From: the human T2T-CHM13v2.0 reference genome, Homo sapiens
Length of the DNA: 64,000 nucleotides
Direction: 5' to 3' (one strand)
Assembly (NCBI RefSeq): GCF_009914755.1
Contig: NC_060925.1
The notes under the pieces: generated by a model
The model's input: the letters and a program-made list of their open reading frames with translations, nothing else
What the model was told of the DNA's origin: nothing
The model's database searches: none
In this document: piece after piece, positions 55,287 through 64,000 of the stretch
Numbering within the stretch: position 1 is the first letter of the stretch
How the letters are laid out: the number at the start of each line of letters is the position of its first letter
Translations under genes and position numbers: made by a program

Positions 55287-55345
55287 GGTTGGTTTCTGGT
55301 GAAAACCAGAAAACCTGCTACACAAATTCTAAAAGAGCTGTAACA
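55287..55345 (-). pseudogene. U7 snRNA retropseudogene
   Basis: Minus strand reads TGTTACAGCTCTTTTAGAATTTGTGTAGCAGGTTTTCTGGTTTTCACCAGAAACC (histone-downstream-element-pairing 5' part, Sm-like site, 3' hairpin); flanked by direct repeat CAACAATTTTT at 55257-55267 and 55351-55361. Confidence 0.92.
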
Positions 55346-56378
55346 ACTCCCAACAATTTTTAAGGAGTACATACTATCCCACTTTAGGGAGAGGATGTGG
55401 TTCAAAGAGATTTTTAAGTGACTGAAATTCAAAACTGGGTCTGTCCAATCCAGAGCCTATATTTTTCCATTTTGCCATAGTACCTCATAATAATCTTTAA
55501 AACTGAGAACATTTCCTTTACATCTTCTTATTCAAAAAGGATTTTGTAAATATTTACTCATTGCCTGCCATGTGTAATTTAATTTGCTAGACCCTGTAAT
55601 ATATAGAAGAGGAAAGCAAGGCAGTTTCCCTCCCAAAAAAACTTGAGTCTTTGGAGGCAGACTAGTATCTATAGAACTAATTATCAGTAGCAGTTATATT
55701 TTAGGTGCTATGATAAGCATTCAAATACACTTTGAACACTTTTTACGGTTGGGTTGGAAGAACCCAACCTTAAAAAATGGGAAGGATTTAGACAGACCAA
55801 GATAGGGAGAAAGGCACAACTTTCAAGGAGAGTATGAGTCAAGGCCAAGAGGTGAAATCTTTAATACATTCAGTAGACTAATGAAGGAGGTAAAGATTTT
55901 TATTGACCAGGGAGACATGCTGGCAGAGATTTGGCTCCTAAAGTATACAAAACTGGGGTGGTATAAACTGACCAGGCCTTTGCTGATAAGTGGAATGTGG
56001 ATATTATCTAGCGAAAGAATTCTCCCTTTTCTGTCTAGAATTATCCACCAGTGCCCACAAAGAGTTGCAGTTGTTAAATATTTAACTTAAAGTTCGTTTG
56101 TATGTGTTTGTCAAGGACTTTTTTTTTTTTTTTTTGAGACGAGTAGCTGGGATTACAACACCCAGCTAATTTTTGCATTTTTAGCAGAGACAGGGTTTCC
56201 CCCTGTTAGCCAGCTGGTCTTGAACTCCTGACCTGCCTCGGCATCTGAAAGTGCTGGGATTATAGGTGTGAGCCACCGTGCCCGGCCCAAGGAAATAATT
56301 TTAAAAGCTAGTGATGGCTGGGCTTAGTGGCTCACGCCTGTAATCCCAGCACTTTAGGAGGCTGAGGCAGGCAGATCA

Positions 56379-56659
<281 letters not shown>

Positions 56660-57952
56660 TTATTAAAAGATTATCTAATAAGCTACAGTTTTATAAATTC
56701 CTTAGGACATTTTCTTAAGATTCTTGCTAAAATATGGTATATGAAAATCTAAGAAAATTAAGCCACTTCTAGGGAAAATGAAACTTAGGACTTTTCAGTG
56801 CGACTGATTTTTAAACTTTCAGTACAGATACTAGTAATGTGAAAATGAAATTTTGAATCTTGCAAGGATTGGTTTATTATTATTTCCCCCTTTTAGAGGT
56901 AAGAGAATAAGACGAATGGGAAGAAATTGAAATTTAGGAAATCTTATCTTTTGTTGGTTATATATTTTAAATCCCCCCTTTTTAGGTTAGGAACAAAATA
57001 TAATTAATTTTATGCTAGTAATTTTATTGTAATATTTAAATATATGAAAGAGGAAATTATGTAAAAGCCTCGGATAGTCTCCCTTTAAAATATTCAAGGA
57101 GTTACACCGTTTAGTGTAGATACTATCTGATGAATACAGTGTGTAGTGAAACTGTTACTTTATGAAATAGGGACAGTTTTTTAAAGGCTTTTTTTTTTAA
57201 GCAGCAGTTCAGTTTTTGTTCAACTAAAACCTTCATATTAGTGATTCTCAAGTTAGAGGAGCTGACATACCTCCCCTTTATGGGAGATAACTGCCTTCTT
57301 TCTTTCACTCTCCCACCCTTGAGAATGATTGACTAAATCACTGTTAATGAAAATGTCATCCCTCATCTGTATTGTAGCAAAGATATTTTTTCAGTCACTA
57401 ACTGCTTAGTCATTTCCCTCTCCCCTTTTGCTCTATTAATTTCATCTTAGCTTTGACCCAGTTTTGAAGTTGGATAAAATGTTAACTTTTAAACTTATTT
57501 ATCATTTTATCTATTCTTCTCAACTTTGTAACAACTGCATTTTTCACAAGCATAGCTTTGACTCAATTCTTGGTTAAAACAGTCTAAAAGGACAGTCAAA
57601 TTCATGTGACACACTAAAGGTAATCCTCCAGACTTATACTTCCTTTTAATACTGCATGATATAGTTGAATGTCTAAGTTACAATTCCAGCTCCACCCATT
57701 TATTATAAGCATGCAATCTTAGACAAGGCACTTACACTCCCTGAACCTATTTCTTGATTTATAAATGGGGATAATAGTCTCTCCCCTGCCTTCTTTAACA
57801 AGCTGTTTTAAAGATCAATAAAAGAAACAGCTTACATAAGAGTTTTATAAACAATAAAATAGTATTCATTCATTCACATTCCTAGCATGTTCTAGGTCTC
57901 AGTCCTGGGTATACTGCAGTGAACAAACATAACAAGTTCTTTTGTTCTGTGT

Positions 57953-58540
57953 CAGGGGTTGACAAACTATGGCCAGTGGGCCAAATCCAGTCCACCATCT
58001 GTTTTTGTTTTGTTTTGTTTTGTTGTTTGTTGAGACAGGCTCTTGCTCTATTGCACAGGCTGGAGTGCAGTGGCACAATCATAGCTCACTGCAGCCTTGA
58101 CCCCCCAGGCTCAAGTGATCCTCCTGCCTCAACCTCCTGAGTAGCTTGGACTACAGGCATGTGCCACCATGCCCGGCTAAATTTTCTTGTTATTTGTAAT
58201 AGAGATAAGATCTTACTGTGTTGCCTAGGCTGGGTCTCGAATTCCTGAGCTCAAGCGTTTCTCCAGCTTTGGCCTCCTAAAGTGTTGGGATTACAGGTGT
58301 GAGCTGCTGTGCTGGGCCCACTGCCTGTTTTTATAGGATCTATAAACTAATGCTTTTGGAATGGTTGAAAACAAAAAAAGAATAATCATATTTCATGATG
58401 TGAAAATTACATGAAATACAAATTTCAGAGTACAAAATAAAGTTTTATTGGAACACAACCATGCTTAACAGTTGGGACAGAAACGCTGTGACTCCCAAAG
58501 CCCATCTGCCCTTTACATTAGCAGTTTATTGACTCTTGCT
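57953..58540. mobile_element. MER58-like hAT MITE split by an antisense AluJ (~58000-58318)
   Basis: caggggttgacaaactatggcc.gtgggccaaatccag start; aataaagttttattggaacaca motif. Confidence 0.65.
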
Positions 58541-58854
58541 CTATGATCTTGGACTTTGGGGGATGTTGGACAGTAAACATGTAAGTATATGTTAAGTGGT
58601 GGCAAATTCCTTGAAGAAAAATAAAGCAGTAAAAGGGCTAGAATTGTGAAGGTTGGAAGGGTACAACAGCTAATTTATATATGGGAGTTAGGGAAGGGTA
58701 GTTTATTTGGCAGGTAACATTTGAACAGAGACTAAATAAAGATTGGAGTGAATAATCCAAGAGAGCATTTCTGGCCAAAGGAACAAGAAATATACCCTGA
58801 GGCATGAGTGTAGCTGTAAGTCTAGGAGCTAAGTGGTATGAGTGGAGGAATTAG

Positions 58855-59187
<333 letters not shown>

Positions 59188-59196
59188 TAGATTTTA

Positions 59197-59421
<225 letters not shown>

Positions 59422-59463
59422 TCATGCCACTGCACTCCGGCCTGGGCAACAGAGCGAGACTCC

Positions 59464-59605
59464 ATAGATATAGATATAGATATAGATATAGATATAGATA
59501 TAGATATAGGTATAGATATAGAGATAGAGATATATATAGAGAGAGAATAATTTATATAATATATAATTATATATTATATAATTTTAATATAATTATATGT
59601 ATTAT
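59464..59605 (+). repeat. (ATAGAT)n hexamer repeat followed by AT-rich low-complexity sequence
   Basis: Seen directly; source of the IDIDID and RYRYRY ORFs. Confidence 0.95.
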
Positions 59606-60330
59606 GTCTACTACTTAAAGGTATTTTTGTGGTATTGTGTTCAAATAGTGAAAAATCAACACTTCAGAAACTATCAAATATCTAATAACCATCCACCATT
59701 TTAGTAACTGTCAGGAAATAACATAGGATTCCTTGCTATGACAATGTGTTTTAGGATTCCATGTTGGCATCTAATGATAACTACATTATTTTTAACCACT
59801 CATTAAGTATTTCACCCTTGCCATTGCATATACTTTCAAATCTCCTCGCTTTCATTTAAAAACTGGGAGATGTTTTGGTTCCTCTAATTGGATATTTCTC
59901 CTGTTCTTGATATTCACAGATGAACAGGGAATATTAAGTTTTTTCAGCACTTGAACCCGAATTCAAATACTACTACTAGATTTTCTTCCCTCACCCTGCT
60001 TTTTAACTTAGAAAATGGAAGTGAGCTTTTAGTTTACCTTTTTCTTTCATATAATCCCCTTGTTTAACCAATTCATCAATTTTTTAAGCATGAGGTACTA
60101 TGGGGATATGAAGGTCAAAGGTCTTGGTCAAGAAGTAACTTTAAGAAGCCTTCTTTATTGCCTTTAGGATTTGGACATCCTCACCTCAGTCCTTTGGCTT
60201 CCTTGACCTGGTTCTTTCAGTTTTCATGTCACTCAGTAGCTTTTATCTTTCTTTATTTCCCCTTTCATCTTAAAAAAAAAAATTAAAGGATGAGGGATGT
60301 TGACATGCTCCTTTTTTTATTAAAAAAATT

Positions 60331-61821
60331 GGCCAGCCGCCCCGTCCGGGAGGTGAGGGGCGCCTCTGCCCGGCCGCCCCTACTGGGAAGTGAGGAGCCC
60401 CTCTGCCCGGCCAGCCGCCCCGTCCGGGAGGGAGGTGGGGGGGTCAGCCCCCCACCCGGCCAGCCGCCCCGTCCGGGAGGGAGGTGGGGGGGTCAGCCCC
60501 CCACCCGGCCAGCCGCCCCGTCCGGGAGGGAGGTGGGGGGGTCAGCCCCCCGCCCGGCCAGCCGCCCCGTCCGGGAGGGAGGTGGGGGGGTCAGCCCCCC
60601 GCCCGGCCAGCCGCCCCTTCCGGGAGGTGAGGGTCGCCTCTGCCCGGCCGCCCCTACTGGGAAGTGAGGAGCCCCTCTGCCCAGCCAGCCGCCCCGTCCG
60701 GGAGGGAGGTGGGGGGATCAGCCCCCCACCCGGCCAGCCGCCCAGTCCGGGAGGGAGGTGGGGGGGTCAGCCCCCCGCCCGGCCAGCCGCCCCGTCCGGG
60801 AGGTGAGGGGCGCCTCTGCCCGGCCGCCCCTACTGGGAAGTGAGGAGCCCCTCTGCCCGGCCAGCCGCCCTGTCCGGGAGGGAGGTGGGGGGGTCAGCCC
60901 CCCGCCCGGCCAGCCGCCCCGTCCGGGAGGGAGGTGGGGGTGAGCCCCCCACCCGGCCAGCCGCCCCGTCCGGGAGGTGAGGGGCGCCTCTGCCCGGCCG
61001 CCCCTACTGGGAAGTGAGGAGCCCCTCTGCCCAGCCAGCCGCCCAGTCCGGGAGGGAGGTGGGGGGGTCAGCCCCCCGTCCGGGAGGTGAGGGGCGCCTC
61101 TGCCCGGCCGCCCCTCCTGGGAAGTGAGGAGCCCCCTGCCCGGCCAGCCGCCCCATCCGGGAGGGAGGTGGGGGGGTCAGCCCCCCGCCCGGCCAGCCGC
61201 CCCATCCGGGACGTGAGGGGTGCCTCTGCCCGGCCGCCCCTGCTGGAAAGTGAGGAGCCCCTCTGCCTGGCCACCGCCCCGTCTGGGAGGTGTGCCCAGC
61301 AGCTCATTGAGAACGGGCCAGGATGACAATGGCGGCTTTGTGGAATAGAGAGGGGAGAAAGGTGGGGAAATGATTGAGAAATCGGATGGTTGCCGTGTCT
61401 GTGTAGAAGGAGGTAGACATGGGAGACTTTTCATTTTGTTCTGTACTAAGAGAAGTTCTTCTGCCTTGGGATCCTGTTGATCTGTGACCTTACCCCCAAC
61501 CCTGTGCTCTCTGAAACATGTGCTGTGTCCACTCAGAGTTAAATGGATTAAGGGCGGTGCAAGATGTGCTTTGTTAAACAGATGCTTGAAGGCAGCATGC
61601 TCATTAAGAGTCATCACCACTCCCCAATCTCAAGTACCCAGGGACACAAACGCTGCGGAAGGCCGCAGGGTCCTCTGCCTAGGAAAACCAGAGACCTTTG
61701 TTCACTTGTTTATCTGCTGACCTTCCCTCCACTATTGTCCTATGACCCTGCCAAATCCCCCTCTGTGAGAAACACCCAAGAATGATCAATAAAAAAATAA
61801 ATAAATAAATAAATAATTGAA
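60331..61821 (+). mobile_element. 5'-truncated SVA retrotransposon (VNTR ~60331-61285, SINE-R ~61286-61790, A-rich tail), probably a young subfamily (D-F)
   Basis: GC-rich VNTR units, HERV-K-derived SINE-R, AATAAA 61788-61793, TSD AAAAAAATT at 60322-60330 and 61822-61830; no hexamer or Alu-like domain. Confidence 0.97.
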
Positions 61822-62354
61822 AAAAAAATTTTTAATTTGCTTTATCATACTAGTAACATTATATTTCTTATAACTTTTTGAACACAGAGGTAAGCCAAAA
61901 AAAGAAAACAATTTTTTTTGTACTAGAGATAGTCCCAGTTAAAATTTAGTAGCTATACATAGGTGTAAATATATATAATTTCTAAAAGACCAGGAAAGAA
62001 GTAAAAGCCCTTTTCATTCAACAGCACATTATAAACATATATAAACAGCATATTATAAACCCATGTCAACAAATGGAGCACTTCTCAAACTTTTTTACTG
62101 TCAGGACCCCTTTACATACTTAAAAACTGAATTTTTTTTTTATGTGGCTTATATCTGTTAAATTAGATATTAAAACTGAGGCCGGGCGCAGTGGCTCACA
62201 CCTGTAGTCCCAGCACTTCGGGAGGTGAGGCGGGTGGATCATTTGAGGTCAGGAGTTCAAGACGAGCCTAGCCAACATGGTGAAACCCCATGTCTACTAA
62301 AAATACAAAAATTAGCGGGGCCTTATGGCACGTTCCTGTAATCCCAGCTACTCA

Positions 62355-62456
<102 letters not shown>

Positions 62457-62670
62457 TCAAAAAAAAAAAAAAAAAAATACTAAAACTGATTTTTAAAATA
62501 ACTCATTTGAAAATAATAAACCTATTACATTTAACATAGTTATTTGTTGTTTAAAAAAAAACCTTTATTTTCCAAAATAGAACAGGAATTAGTGTGACAA
62601 GTCACATTGTTTTACATTTTGCAAGTCTTGTAAACTCCTGCGTTCAGTTTGTTACCACATGTTGTCTTAG

Positions 62671-63019
<349 letters not shown>

Positions 63020-64000
63020 TGATCTGCCCACTTTGGCCTCCCAAAGTGCTGGGATTATAGGCGTGAGCCACCGCGCCTGGCCGACCACCCTCTTTTTAAT
63101 GTAGGTATACAGAGTTGATTGCATCTTCCTTTGTGCCTCACTCTGCATTTATTACCTGCTTGCTACATTACTATCTAGGCATCAGGTCCTTGAGGGTAGT
63201 GACAATGTCTTATCCAGTCTTCGGTCTTTATTTATTGATACTTCTCTTCCTAGTTTGCCGAATGGGTGAATTATTACTTTTTTATATGCGGTATCAGTTC
63301 ATCTTCTATCGAAACAAACTGCTGTTCTTTCATTTGTACCAATTCCATCAGATTTTGTAACTTTTGAAAATTTGGGTGGGACTTCGGGAATATTAGTATC
63401 TTGAATTTTCAGTTTGGTAATTTTATTATACATTCAAATATTATGTTATATAAGTAGTATGTAAAATATGGCTGTGGCTTTATTCCTTTTTCCTTGCAGG
63501 GAAGTTACTTTTTTGATAGTGTGTGAATATGTATATACTTATTTTTTGGATTACACACACTTGACCGAGGAGTTTTATAATTATGTAAAGATTACGGGAA
63601 ATGCACCTTGACAGAAAGGGGATAGACCATAGCTCACTCCACAGATTTGTCACAAATAGACCAAAAAAAAGGTTTATTATTAAAAGTAGGATTACTGATT
63701 TTTTAAATAAGAGATTGATACCAACAGTTGAAAAGTGCAGAAATGTGATTAAGTGTACATGCCAAGGAAAATATAGATAGAAATCTTTATTGTAACGGTT
63801 AGTCCTATGTAGCATAATTTTCATGAGTTGAGCAGGATTTCTTCCTGATTAGAATCTCTCTTTTTATTGTTTTTGCTCAGTTAATATAAGGAGCCTTATG
63901 GAGCATTTCCTCTCCACCAGTTTTCATCCCAGAAAAAATAATACACTATCTGTAATTACCCTGTCAAGGCAGGGTTCTAAAACTTTATGTACCTAAGAAT

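Noticed and set aside
60290-61326. Pro/Gly/Arg-rich repetitive ORFs and a repeat array superficially like a CRISPR array
   Set aside because: These are SVA VNTR units with no unique spacers, in a eukaryotic context.
63480-63824. 114-aa minus-strand ORF or possible CAPZA1 exon 2 near the window end
   Set aside because: AT-rich with no homology; no sequence encoding the expected CAPZA1 continuation (VRIAAKF...) is visible, so exon 2 lies outside the window.

Overview
Hominoid genomic DNA, most likely human; from established knowledge this is the ST7L/CAPZA1 locus at 1p13.2. The left ~40 kb holds ST7L coding exons 1-9 on the minus strand (1069 nt, all GT-AG, phases consistent); the gene continues past the window start. 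A CpG-island bidirectional promoter (~39.4-40.7 kb) separates ST7L from CAPZA1. Only CAPZA1 exon 1 (MADFDDRVSDEEK) and part of intron 1 lie in the window. That intron carries an antisense MRPL53 processed pseudogene, an antisense U7 snRNA retrocopy with target-site duplications (TSDs), and a sense 5'-truncated SVA with TSD. The rest is dense with Alus plus L1, L2, MIR, MaLR and hAT-Charlie relics; almost all ORF-track entries are repeat-derived. I found no convincing new biological system. The best second-look items are a 62-bp polyadenylated LTR-derived fragment retroposed with a 22-bp TSD into an Alu that was hit twice, the SVA, a candidate alternative ST7L exon, mirrored YY1/Kozak motifs at both start codons, and the phase-1 exon-pair architecture of ST7L. 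Repeat family names are recognised by eye and their boundaries are approximate.
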